This document shows positions 1-8,915 of a stretch of 44,574 nucleotides of DNA, one piece after another. The first letter of the stretch is position 1, and each line of letters starts with the position of its first letter. Source of the stretch: a bacterium (lineage in GTDB: Bacteria; Patescibacteriota; Saccharimonadia; Saccharimonadales; UBA4665); NCBI GenBank assembly GCA_021846765.1, contig JAJZWH010000001.1:1-44574 (forward strand), given 5' to 3'. The notes under the pieces are model-generated. The model did not search any database and was not told where the DNA came from. It worked only from the letters and a program-made list of their open reading frames with translations. The position numbers were made by a program, and so were the translations under genes.

Positions 1-19
1 TGATATAAAATATATTAAA

Positions 20-1540
20 ATGACAACCAATCAACAAATCGGTCAATTAATTGCTCAGATACGTCAAGAAAGAGGTTTAACTCAAAACGAATTTGCTAAA
101 CGTTTGTCTACATCACAATCAGCCGTTAATCGTATGGAGCATGGCAGACAAAATCTTAGCTTAGAAACTTTAGGTAGAATTAGCGAAGTTCTTAATAAAC
201 AATTAATTAGCGTAACAGGAACAGCAGTTAATTTAAGAATTGAAGGCGGTCATGAGCTCAAAGGAGAAATCAAGCTAAAAACCAGCAAAAACGCATCTGT
301 TGGTTTGCTTTGTGCCAGTCTATTAAACAAAGGCACGACAACTATTCACAACATAGCCAAAATCGAAGAAGTCAACAGGATAATAGAAGTTCTAATAAGC
401 ATTGGCGTGCAAATAAAATGGAAAAATGATAATGATTTACAGATCAAAGTCCCCGATATTTTAAATTTATCTAACATTAACCAAGAATCAGCCAAAAAAA
501 CTAGAAGTGTTTTAATGTTTATAGGACCTCTTGTTCATAGATCTAGAGAATTTATTATCCCCTACGCTGGTGGGTGTGATTTAGGAAGAAGAACAATACT
601 GCCTCATCTTTACGCCTTAGAAGAATTTGGCGTTAGTGTTAATACTCAATCAGGACATTATCGGGTTAGTTCTAAATTACAATTACCTAAGAGAAATGTT
701 GTGCTTTACGAATCTGGCGACACTACAACTGAAAATATACTAATGGCAGCCGCATTAACACCCGGAGTTACTACTATTAAAATGGCCAGTGCCAATTATA
801 TGATTCAAGATTTATGTTTTTATTTAGAGAAACTGGGAGTAAAAATTGAAGGTATAGGGACTTCTACTCTAATAGTTTATGGCATTTCAGAAATCAATAA
901 AAATGTCAGTTATTCGCCTAGTGAAGATCCAGTAGAAGCCATGACTTTTATTTCAGCTGCAATTACCACTAATTCATCTATTACCATTAAACGAGCACCT
1001 ATCGAGTTTTTAGAACTAGAACTTTTAAAACTGGAAAAAATGGGTTTAGTATACAAATTGTCAAATAAATATAAAGCAGATAATAATCGAACTGAACTGG
1101 TAGATATATTAATCCACAAACATAATGGACATCTAACTGCTCCTATAGATAAAATCCATCCTAACGTTTTCCCAGGACTAAACATTGATCACTTGCCCTA
1201 TTTTGTTCCTATTGCTGCAGTGGCTCATGGTCGAACCCTAATACACGACTGGGTCTATGAAGACCGAGCTTTAATGTATACAGAAATGAAAAAAATAGGA
1301 GTAAATTTAGAATTAGCCGACCCTCATCGAGTATTTATTACTGGTCCAACGAGATTTAAACCAGCTGATTTAGTCTGTCCAAGCGGCATCAGACCTGCAG
1401 TAATGTTATTGATTGGAATGTTGGCCGCTCCCGGTATATCCGTTCTTAGAAATGTTTATACTATTAATCGTGGCTACGAAGATCTATCTCAAAGACTAAA
1501 TAGTTTGGGAGCTAAAATAACTGTTTTAAACGAAGTATAG
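20..1540 (+). CDS. murA: XRE-type helix-turn-helix domain fused to UDP-N-acetylglucosamine 1-carboxyvinyltransferase (MurA-like)
   Basis: 506-aa ORF. Residues 1-65 look like an XRE HTH (IRQERGLTQNEFAKRLSTSQSAVNRMEHG). The rest is the MurA/EPSP-synthase fold, with the KTSKNAS lysine motif and the active-site Cys context YAGGCDLGRR. Confidence 0.8.
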   Translation: MTTNQQIGQLIAQIRQERGLTQNEFAKRLSTSQSAVNRMEHGRQNLSLETLGRISEVLNKQLISVTGTAVNLRIEGGHELKGEIKLKTSKNASVGLLCASLLNKGTTTIHNIAKIEEVNRIIEVLISIGVQIKWKNDNDLQIKVPDILNLSNINQESAKKTRSVLMFIGPLVHRSREFIIPYAGGCDLGRRTILPHLYALEEFGVSVNTQSGHYRVSSKLQLPKRNVVLYESGDTTTENILMAAALTPGVTTIKMASANYMIQDLCFYLEKLGVKIEGIGTSTLIVYGISEINKNVSYSPSEDPVEAMTFISAAITTNSSITIKRAPIEFLELELLKLEKMGLVYKLSNKYKADNNRTELVDILIHKHNGHLTAPIDKIHPNVFPGLNIDHLPYFVPIAAVAHGRTLIHDWVYEDRALMYTEMKKIGVNLELADPHRVFITGPTRFKPADLVCPSGIRPAVMLLIGMLAAPGISVLRNVYTINRGYEDLSQRLNSLGAKITVLNEV

Positions 1541-1559
1541 AGTCAAACAGCCAAAATAA

Positions 1560-1568
1560 TGCTATAAT
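1560..1568 (+). promoter_or_regulatory. Possible extended -10 promoter (TGcTATAAT) for the tRNA-Gly/tRNA-Arg pair
   Basis: TGCTATAAT lies about 20 nt upstream of the tRNA-Gly 5' end. There is no good -35. Confidence 0.3.
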
Positions 1569-1586
1569 CTCCTAGATTTAATGTAT

Positions 1587-1661
1587 GCGGGTGTGGTATA
1601 ACGGCTATTATCCCAACCTTCCAAGTTGGTGACGGGAGTTCGACTCTCCCCACCCGCACCA
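1587..1661 (+). tRNA. tRNA-Gly (anticodon TCC), CCA encoded
   Basis: Hand-folded cloverleaf. Acceptor GCGGGTG/CACCCGC, anticodon stem CCAAC/GTTGG with loop CTTCCAA, T arm GGGAG-TTCGACT-CTCCC. Confidence 0.85.
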
Positions 1662-1666
1662 TCCAA

Positions 1667-1743
1667 GCCCCGGTAGCTCAGCTGGATAGAGCAGAGGACT
1701 TCTAAGCCTAAGGTCGTTGGTTCGAATCCATCCCGGGGCACCA
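1667..1743 (+). tRNA. tRNA-Arg (anticodon TCT), CCA encoded
   Basis: Acceptor GCCCCGG/CCGGGGC, D arm GCTC-AGCTGGATA-GAGC, anticodon loop CTTCTAA. The anticodon stem has only 3 Watson-Crick pairs (27:43 and 31:39 are purine-purine) and the T stem has one U-U mismatch. Confidence 0.7.
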
Positions 1744-1868
1744 ATAATTCGTTAAATGATTTAATTATCTATAATAAAAAAGGTTATATTGCATCTGTTT
1801 TGGTGACTTAATTATTTATTCCAAAAGTATAATTATCCACATATTATGCACAAGACGTTTTAAAATAC

Positions 1869-1897
1869 TTGCATTTGGTTAGAACACTGACTAAAAT
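1869..1897 (+). promoter_or_regulatory. Sigma70-like promoter TTGCAT-17 nt-TAAAAT
   Basis: -35 TTGCAT at 1869-1874, an exact 17-nt spacer, and -10 TAAAAT at 1892-1897. Confidence 0.5.
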
Positions 1898-1903
1898 AAC
1901 AAT

Positions 1904-1993
1904 TACCATCGTTGAGGTGGTTATCATCGAAAGATGATAGGTGAAATTAGCAATAATTTCATCAACAAAGTACCCGGCAACGGGTATTTTGTT
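1904..1993 (+). ncRNA. Candidate ~90-nt small RNA or terminator-containing 5' leader of the 2040 gene
   Basis: Lies between the 1869 promoter and an intrinsic terminator. Three hairpins: TATCATC-GAAA-GATGATA, GAAATT-agcaat-AATTTC, and TACCCG-GCAA-CGGGTA followed by TTTTGTT (1971-1993). Confidence 0.3.
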
Positions 1994-2039
1994 ATTTAAG
2001 ACATTTTATAGATAATTAATACTCCTTTAGAGGATAAAA

Positions 2040-2519
2040 ATGACTGAGTTTAATAATCAAGTCTTTGATTGGATTGATCAAGCGGCCAGTGATACAGAGC
2101 AACAACTAAGAATTGAAACTATTCGTTCTACTATTGGCCAAGTTTTATTGACTAAATACCGAGATCTAACCCAAGAAATAGAGATCGCCAGCGAGGCACT
2201 CATCGATCTCGGATTAATTAATCGACAAGATCGTCAAGAGGATCTTCTTATTACTTCCCGACAATACGATCAAATATGTCAAGAGTTAAGCATTAATAAA
2301 GTTCTTGGATCACGCCTTTGGAGTGCCATGAAACGACAAACCAAAGTCGACAATAGATGGCCAGGCTTATTTGATGATCAAGAAAGATTAAACATTCGTA
2401 AATTATCAATCCTAGTCGAAAGTCAACAATTATATGGTCATAAGATAGGAGTTAAGTCAAGATACGCTGCCCAACTTCTAGTAGATCATCTTTTAGGACT
2501 CCAAGATAGAGATATCTAA
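2040..2519 (+). CDS. Hypothetical protein (159 aa)
   Basis: Clean ORF with GAGGA 8 nt upstream of the ATG. No motif I recognise. Confidence 0.6.
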   Translation: MTEFNNQVFDWIDQAASDTEQQLRIETIRSTIGQVLLTKYRDLTQEIEIASEALIDLGLINRQDRQEDLLITSRQYDQICQELSINKVLGSRLWSAMKRQTKVDNRWPGLFDDQERLNIRKLSILVESQQLYGHKIGVKSRYAAQLLVDHLLGLQDRDI

Positions 2520-2524
2520 AAAAC

Positions 2525-2553
2525 TTGCTGATTAGTCTTAAATTTCGTATAAT
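2525..2553 (+). promoter_or_regulatory. Sigma70-like promoter TTGCTG-17 nt-TATAAT for tRNA-His
   Basis: -35 at 2525-2530 and a perfect -10 TATAAT at 2548-2553. The tRNA starts at 2581. Confidence 0.55.
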
Positions 2554-2580
2554 CACCCCTGTTATAAAGTTCATAAATAT

Positions 2581-2658
2581 GGCGAATGTAGCTCAGTAGG
2601 TTAGAGCGCTGGATTGTGGTCCCGGAGGTCGTGGGTTCGAACCCCATCATTCGCCCCA
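2581..2658 (+). tRNA. tRNA-His (anticodon GTG) with encoded extra 5' G(-1) and CCA
   Basis: G + GCGAATG/CATTCGC acceptor with discriminator C, anticodon loop TTGTGGT, T arm GTGGG-TTCGAAC-CCCAT. Confidence 0.85.
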
Positions 2659-2698
2659 TCATACATTAATAAATAATAAGGAAAAGAGAATCCTGACA

Positions 2699-4546
2699 TT
2701 GAAAATTAAAAAAATATTTAATTATGCGAAAACTTATAAACTATTAGTGTTAGCCTTTCTGGCATTAATAGTCGGCCTAATTTTTTATTTCACTAACCAC
2801 CAAACCATTTCTGAATGGATTATGGGTACCGTTGCCATACTCGAATCGCTGCCCCTAGTGAAATCAATGTGGGAGGATATCCGTAGTGGTGCTTATGGAA
2901 TTGATATACTTGCACTAACGGCCATAATTACTGCTGTCATTTTACGCCAAGACATTGCCGCAATCATTATAGTTATTATGCTAACTGGTGGTGAAAGTTT
3001 AGAAGATTATGCCGAGAAAAGAGCCAATAGCGAACTAGATGCCCTACTTAAAGGATCGCCTCAACAGGCTCATGTAATTAGGGGCAGAAAAACTCTAGAT
3101 ATTAAGGCTTCAGAGGTAAAAGTTGGCGATAAAATTATTATTAAGCCTGGAGAAACCGTGCCTGTCGACGCTCTGATAATCGAAGGAGAAAGTAGTTTTA
3201 ACGAAGCAAGCTTAACTGGAGAAAGCTTACCAGTCATGCATTCGGTTAATGATCAAATTTTAAGTGGCTCACTAAATAGTGATCGATTGGTTACAGCTAA
3301 AGCTATTCACACGGCAGAAGACAGCCAATACCAACAAATAGTCAGACTAGTACAAAACGCAGCTAAGTCACAAGCGCCTTTCGTTAGATTAGCAGATCGT
3401 TATAGCGTGCCTTTCACTATTGCAGCCTATATTATAGCCATTAGTGTTTGGTTAGTTAGCCATCAAGCAATACGCTTCTTAGAAGTAATAGTAGTAGCTA
3501 CACCCTGCCCTCTATTACTAGCTGCACCTATTGCTCTGATATCCGGCATGAGTAGATCTAGTAGGTATGGTATTGTTGTCAAAACTGGTTCAGCGCTGGA
3601 AAAATTAGCTGAGGCTAAAACTATTATTTTTGATAAAACCGGAACACTAACAACTGGTATCTTAAGTCTTGATAGTATAAAAGCTATTGCACCCTATACT
3701 AAAGATGAAGTATTGGCACTAGCCGCTAGCGTTGAACAAAACTCTAACCATGTCATAGCTCAAGCAATAGTCAAAGCTGCTAATAACAAAAATATTAAAA
3801 TAACTAAAGTTAAACTAGTCAAAGAAATATCTGGCCAAGGATTAAGAGCTACCTATAAAGGAGATCAACTTATTTTAGGTAGAGGTGATTTTATGGCAAA
3901 ACAAGGAATAGAATTGCCCAAAAAAATTAAGAATCAACAGCAAACCATAGTATATATTGCCATTAACAATAGTTTAGCCGGAATAATTTATTTAAGTGAC
4001 AGTTTAAGACCAGAAGCCAAAAGTACTATTCAAAAAATACTTAAATTGGGCATTAAACGAACAGTTATGATAACCGGAGACAATAAAAGCACAGCCGAAA
4101 ATATAGCAAAAGATGTCGGCATTAAAACAGTCTATGCCGAAACTTTGCCAGGTGAAAAACTCCATGCCTTAGATGACATTAGCCAACGTCCAATTATATT
4201 TGTAGGTGATGGAGTCAACGATGCTCCAGTATTAACTGGTTCTGATGTAGGTATTGCTCTAGGCGCAAGAGGTTCAACTGCAGCTAGCGAATCAGCAGAT
4301 CTAGTTATTATGACTGATGATTTAAGTAAGGTTGCAACAGCCTTAGAAATAGCCAAAAAAACCTTTTCGATAGCCAGACAAAGTATTCTATTTGGTATTG
4401 GCCTGAGCTTAATATTGATGATTATTTTTGCAACTGGTAAGTTTAAACCAATCTATGGAGCCTTACTACAAGAAGTGGTAGACGTTGTGGTTATCTTTAA
4501 CGCACTAAGAGCACACAGCATTAAAGTTACCAATGAGACAAAATAA
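2699..4546 (+). CDS. P1B-type (heavy-metal) P-type ATPase without an N-terminal metal-binding domain
   Basis: TTG start. Carries DKTGTLT, the TGES-like TGESLPV, GDGVNDAP, and a transmembrane TPCP motif (VVATPCPLLLAAP). Confidence 0.85.
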   Translation: MKIKKIFNYAKTYKLLVLAFLALIVGLIFYFTNHQTISEWIMGTVAILESLPLVKSMWEDIRSGAYGIDILALTAIITAVILRQDIAAIIIVIMLTGGESLEDYAEKRANSELDALLKGSPQQAHVIRGRKTLDIKASEVKVGDKIIIKPGETVPVDALIIEGESSFNEASLTGESLPVMHSVNDQILSGSLNSDRLVTAKAIHTAEDSQYQQIVRLVQNAAKSQAPFVRLADRYSVPFTIAAYIIAISVWLVSHQAIRFLEVIVVATPCPLLLAAPIALISGMSRSSRYGIVVKTGSALEKLAEAKTIIFDKTGTLTTGILSLDSIKAIAPYTKDEVLALAASVEQNSNHVIAQAIVKAANNKNIKITKVKLVKEISGQGLRATYKGDQLILGRGDFMAKQGIELPKKIKNQQQTIVYIAINNSLAGIIYLSDSLRPEAKSTIQKILKLGIKRTVMITGDNKSTAENIAKDVGIKTVYAETLPGEKLHALDDISQRPIIFVGDGVNDAPVLTGSDVGIALGARGSTAASESADLVIMTDDLSKVATALEIAKKTFSIARQSILFGIGLSLILMIIFATGKFKPIYGALLQEVVDVVVIFNALRAHSIKVTNETK

Positions 4547-5153
4547 GAGTTACAGCTATGGGAATAAGTAAGTTATCTAATCCGTAGACTGAAAAATTCT
4601 CTACAGCGGTAGCTGCTAAAGCAGTTAATAAAATCAATACTACGCTCAACCCAAGATTGACCAATGAACTAACGATTATCAATATCAATAATGAAGTTAT
4701 TAAGAACGTCGCACTACCCACTAAACTTTTAGCCGCTCCAAAGACTTTATACATGGTGCTTTTACCAAAACGCACTCCAAAAATCGCGGCTAAACCGTCG
4801 GCAAGACTCATCTGCAATAAAGCTACGGCATAGATCCAATCATTTTTAGTAATAAAAGTTATGCCCCCAACAGCCAAAGCAAAACAAACTTCACCCACGC
4901 TAAATCTTTCTATTTCATGAATTGAGGCAAAAATATTTAAGCCTTTAGATATCAACACCACTAGTAAAAAAGCTAAACTAATTATTCTAATCCAATCCCA
5001 ACTAATATACAGTGGCCAAAAAGCCACAAAACTACCAACGAAGATATGAATTATTTTCCTAGACAACTCAGACTGGGAAGCTTTATTGCGCCAATGATGC
5101 TCATTAGCAAACAGAACAAGTCCGACAATAAGAACACTTAGAATAATATACAT
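4527..5153 (-). CDS. Polytopic membrane protein of the CTP-dependent polyprenol (dolichol/phytol) kinase / CdsA-like family
   Basis: 208 aa and mostly hydrophobic. The motif SLADGLAAIFGVRFGK resembles the GDGxAxxxGxxxGK signature of this family. Its 3' end overlaps the ATPase 3' end by 20 nt (convergent). Confidence 0.55.
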   Translation of the reverse strand: MYIILSVLIVGLVLFANEHHWRNKASQSELSRKIIHIFVGSFVAFWPLYISWDWIRIISLAFLLVVLISKGLNIFASIHEIERFSVGEVCFALAVGGITFITKNDWIYAVALLQMSLADGLAAIFGVRFGKSTMYKVFGAAKSLVGSATFLITSLLILIIVSSLVNLGLSVVLILLTALAATAVENFSVYGLDNLLIPIAVTLILSHW

Positions 5154-5203
5154 TATTACAACCTAGCATAGCACCAAAAAAGACTAAGCGCAGACTTTAC
5201 CAA

Positions 5204-6091
5204 TTAAAGGCCCCTACGTTTGGAAGCACGTTTAACTCGGCGTCTGCGTTTAGCCATAGACTCTGGTGTTGTTTGTTTAGTGGATATCTGTTGAATACCA
5301 TGCAAACTAGGTAGCACTTCTTTCTCGACACATTTTGAATGTAGGTGATGATGATCATATTTATTTTTGGGTTTTACTAAACTTAAAATAATATGCTCAC
5401 TGCCTATACTTATATTTTCTCGACAACAAAAACAACTATAAAGTTTACGAGCAATACCATGAGACAGATAAGCCCAGTCTCCGTCTTTAAAACGACCACA
5501 AAGCGAGAACTGTCGGGAAGGTAGCTGGTATTCTGTTGGTATATTTCCAATCAATGTTTGCTGATCTTTAGTTAAATTATCACTGCCAATAACTCCAAAA
5601 GAAAAAATAAGTTTTCCGGTTTCTTTTGCAGCTATTTCTGAAAAACCAGATCTTTTTAAAACAGAAACTGCTGCAGTGTTATCACTAACAACTTGAGCAT
5701 ATAAGGCACTGAAATCTTTGGCAAGATAATTACTTAATCCCCTAGTTGCTAAGGTTGCATAGCCATTACCTCTAAACTCTTCAGCTAGCCAAAATTTAAT
5801 TTCTGCTGAACCCTCATCATCTGGGGTCAGAACTATATTTCCAACTAGCTCTTCTTTATTCCATATGCTAAAAAGAGCTGGGTGATTATCTCTTTCTGGT
5901 ACTTTTCCCGTCGATCTTTTAGTCTGACCTTGAGAAATTAATGAATTTAGGTATTCGTTTTGCTGACTTTCTGGATATTCAAGATAAACAGTATCCTGAA
6001 AATCAAATATTTCGGGTTTTAGAACTAAATCTAATCGAGCAGTTCTAATTTTCTTTGGGAAAACATCTAATTCACCTAAATCCATAGACAT
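5204..6091 (-). CDS. GNAT N-acetyltransferase fused to a Cys/His-rich C-terminal region and an Arg/Lys tail
   Basis: RimJ/RimL-like GNAT core (FWLAEEFRGNGYATLATRGL). The C-terminal ~100 aa contain CGRF...SCFCC...HHHLHSKC and end in AKRRRRVKRASKRRGL. Confidence 0.65.
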   Translation of the reverse strand: MSMDLGELDVFPKKIRTARLDLVLKPEIFDFQDTVYLEYPESQQNEYLNSLISQGQTKRSTGKVPERDNHPALFSIWNKEELVGNIVLTPDDEGSAEIKFWLAEEFRGNGYATLATRGLSNYLAKDFSALYAQVVSDNTAAVSVLKRSGFSEIAAKETGKLIFSFGVIGSDNLTKDQQTLIGNIPTEYQLPSRQFSLCGRFKDGDWAYLSHGIARKLYSCFCCRENISIGSEHIILSLVKPKNKYDHHHLHSKCVEKEVLPSLHGIQQISTKQTTPESMAKRRRRVKRASKRRGL

Positions 6092-6165
6092 AATTTTAAA
6101 TTATTAAAAGACTATACAACTATTCTATTATATAAGCAAATCTTTACCCCTGAAATTAGGCATAC

Positions 6166-6242
6166 TGGTCGGGGTGATCCGATTTGAACGGACGACCTCA
6201 GCGTCCCGAACGCTGCGCGCTACCAAGCTGCGCCACACCCCG
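6166..6242 (-). tRNA. tRNA-Pro (anticodon CGG), CCA encoded
   Basis: The reverse complement is CGGGGTGTGGCGCAGCTTGGTAGCGCGCAGCGTTCGGGACGCTGAGGTCGTCCGTTCAAATCGGATCACCCCGACCA. Anticodon loop TTCGGGA. Confidence 0.85.
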
Positions 6243-6281
6243 TAAGTAATATTAACTTTTCCAGTATAACATCGGAAAAAT

Positions 6282-7037
6282 TTAATCAGCTTCTTTGGCC
6301 ATAAAATTTTTAATACTTTGAACTGAATCCATAAACTGAGCTGGAAATATAATAGTATTGCTTTTATCCGAAGATATCTCAGACAACACCTGAAGATTCC
6401 TCAATTGAAGAGCAATAGGATGTTTAGCAATAACGTCAGCAGCTTCTCCAAGCTTCTTAGCGCTGAGCGCCTCGCCTTCTGCGGCAATAATTTTAGCTCT
6501 TTTTTCTCTCTCAGCTTGAGCAGCTGCCGCCATAGCCCTTTGCATATTTTCCGGTAATTGAATATCTTTCAGTTCTACGGCGCTTACATATATACCCCAA
6601 TTATGTGTAACTTTATCTAGTATTTCCTTAATTGCATTATTAATTCTGCTCGTTTCGCTCAACACCTCATCCAGTAAACTTTGGCCAACTACATTCCTAA
6701 CTGTAGTCTGAGCAATTTGATAAGTTGCATCCATTGCATTCTCGATTGCTATAATTGATTTCGCTGGATCCTGTACCTGATAATAGGCAACTGCTGAAAC
6801 ATCGATGGAAACGTTATCTTTAGTTATAATTCTCTGAGGATCTACTGGTAGAGTAACTATTCTCAAGCTAACTATTCTCAATCGATCTATAAAAGGAATA
6901 ATCAGACACAGTCCGGGAGTTTTTATATTACTTTGCGCTCTGCCTAATCTAAAAACCACACCTCTTTGGTACTGATTAAGTATGCGTACACTGAGAACTA
7001 GCAAAATGACTACTATGATTATTAAGACGTAAACCAC
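6282..7037 (-). CDS. SPFH/band-7 (stomatin-prohibitin-like) membrane protein
   Basis: N-terminal TM helix, then an SPFH core (RGVVFRLGR..., [25 protein letters not shown]) and an Ala/Glu-rich coiled coil. Confidence 0.8.
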   Translation of the reverse strand: MVYVLIIIVVILLVLSVRILNQYQRGVVFRLGRAQSNIKTPGLCLIIPFIDRLRIVSLRIVTLPVDPQRIITKDNVSIDVSAVAYYQVQDPAKSIIAIENAMDATYQIAQTTVRNVVGQSLLDEVLSETSRINNAIKEILDKVTHNWGIYVSAVELKDIQLPENMQRAMAAAAQAEREKRAKIIAAEGEALSAKKLGEAADVIAKHPIALQLRNLQVLSEISSDKSNTIIFPAQFMDSVQSIKNFMAKEAD

Positions 7038-7137
7038 ACTGCCCCTTTAATACGTATTATAAACCATTTACTCAAATATTAGTGCAATTACTAAAAATTT
7101 ATTGTCTAAATAAAAATGTTAGCTCAATAGATATTTA

Positions 7138-7770
7138 TCAACATTCTTTTAAAACTCTATTAAAGATGATGTCTATTTCAGCAAATTCTGGATGTTCTAA
7201 ATCTAATTGAGCTGCCTCTTCTTGGAAGCATAATGAATCTACAGTCACTACATGAGCTAATCCAGCGCCCACCGTGGCTAACTGAAGTGTTGCTGGTTCA
7301 TCCGCTTCAATAGCTTGTGCTACTTCTTTCAAAAGAAAGCAAAATGATCCAGCTTCATCGTTTATTCTTTCATACATAGTCCACATAAATCTATTTTGAT
7401 CTTCATTAGCTATCTTAGTAACTACCTTAGGTTCGCAAGGAATTTCAGTTAATGGATATTCTTCTTTTAAAACACCTAGATATAGTAGAGCTCCGTTACG
7501 AAAAACTTTTTTTCCTTGAACAGAATCTATGTCCACTAAATCAGCACATGCTGCTGAGGCTATTGTCAGCAAAATACTAAAAGGATTATTCTCCATTAAA
7601 GGCTCAGCCGAATAACGAAAAAAATCATTGAGCTGATTGGGCTTATTGAATGGCGGACCACCGCATAGTTCAGTAATATATTTTATATCCTCTGCAACAA
7701 GCTGGCGATCTGGAAACCAACCTCTTAAACTACTCATAACTACAACTTCTACTAAAGTTTTTATATTCAA
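7138..7770 (-). CDS. Hypothetical cytoplasmic acidic protein (210 aa)
   Basis: Long ORF with no recognisable motif. Sits between the two tRNA-Pro genes. Confidence 0.5.
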   Translation of the reverse strand: MNIKTLVEVVVMSSLRGWFPDRQLVAEDIKYITELCGGPPFNKPNQLNDFFRYSAEPLMENNPFSILLTIASAACADLVDIDSVQGKKVFRNGALLYLGVLKEEYPLTEIPCEPKVVTKIANEDQNRFMWTMYERINDEAGSFCFLLKEVAQAIEADEPATLQLATVGAGLAHVVTVDSLCFQEEAAQLDLEHPEFAEIDIIFNRVLKEC

Positions 7771-7974
7771 CCATTTTTTTAATTCTCGATAGCTTAAATT
7801 GTAAACCCTAGGAGTATAAAAAGTCTAACAATATTAATATTTAATTCGACTTTTTTACAAATTTTCTATTGTATATTGCTCACATCAAAATGAAGTTCGA
7901 GCTTTTCTACTTTTCCTTTTAGGTATGCTTTTAAACCGTACTTTTTAACCAGATATATCATAGCGTCTAATTGT

Positions 7975-8051
7975 TGGTCGGGGATAGAGGACTCGAACCT
8001 CCGACCTCCGCGTCCCAAACGCGGCGCGCTAGCCAACTGCGCCAATCCCCG
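7975..8051 (-). tRNA. tRNA-Pro (anticodon TGG), CCA encoded
   Basis: The reverse complement is CGGGGATTGGCGCAGTTGGCTAGCGCGCCGCGTTTGGGACGCGGAGGTCGGAGGTTCGAGTCCTCTATCCCCGACCA. Anticodon loop TTTGGGA. Confidence 0.85.
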
Positions 8052-8102
8052 TTAAATATATCAGGGGTAGTATACCCTAAAGTAGAGTTAATTGACTAGT
8101 AT

Positions 8103-8915
8103 TTAATCAAAAATAAGATTTAAAGGTATGGCCGACAGAGCCTTGCCTGTATCTATGTCTACTTCAAAAATAAGTCCATTAAATTGCCAAGGCTTGTTCT
8201 GTTCTAAACTATTAGTATTAACTACGCCATCTCGCCATCTTTGAACGATTAAGGAGGTTTTAACGCCTAGACTAGAATTCAAAGCACCGACCATGCCAAC
8301 ATCGGTAATATGTGCTGTACCCTGAGACAATATTCGAGCATCTGCTGTAGGTACATGCCAATGATCGCCAATCACGGCACTGACTCGACCATTTAAGTAC
8401 TGACCAATGACTACCTTTTCGCTACTGTAATCTCCGTGAAAATTCACTACAGTTGCTATTTTTGGAATATCATTTTGTTCATCCAATATGCCATCAATAA
8501 TTTTTAACGGATTTTCTAATTTAGCGTTACTGTCACGACCAACCGTTTTACCTAGCAAGCTAACCACTAATACATTCCCTAGTACAGAATTAATATATTT
8601 CCAGCCCAATCCTGGAGTGCCTGAGGGATAATTAGCCGGACGGATAATAGGTTGTTTAGGATCACTCAATTGGGGCCATATTTCTTTTTGCCATAACGAC
8701 CAATTGCCACCTGTACAGAAATCTACTCCTGCCTTTTTTAATCTATTATAGTCATCTAATTTACATCCCCGACCATCGGAAACATTCTCTGCCTGAGCTA
8801 TGACAAAGTCTATTTCGTGAGTCTTTTTTATTGTCCTAAGCTGACTTTCTATTAAAGACAGGCCAGGGTCTCCCATAATGTCACCGATATATAAAAATCT
8901 AGCTCTATTTTGCAA
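8103..8915 (-). CDS. ymdB: YmdB-family metallophosphoesterase (2',3'-cyclic-nucleotide phosphodiesterase-like)
   Basis: TTG start. Carries FLYIGDIMGDPG and GDHWH motifs. Overlaps the end of rny, matching the conserved rny-ymdB arrangement. Confidence 0.8.
   Translation of the reverse strand: MQNRARFLYIGDIMGDPGLSLIESQLRTIKKTHEIDFVIAQAENVSDGRGCKLDDYNRLKKAGVDFCTGGNWSLWQKEIWPQLSDPKQPIIRPANYPSGTPGLGWKYINSVLGNVLVVSLLGKTVGRDSNAKLENPLKIIDGILDEQNDIPKIATVVNFHGDYSSEKVVIGQYLNGRVSAVIGDHWHVPTADARILSQGTAHITDVGMVGALNSSLGVKTSLIVQRWRDGVVNTNSLEQNKPWQFNGLIFEVDIDTGKALSAIPLNLIFD

Noticed and set aside
1562-1744. A 60-aa minus-strand ORF.
   Set aside because: It is fully covered by the tRNA-Gly and tRNA-Arg genes on the opposite strand.
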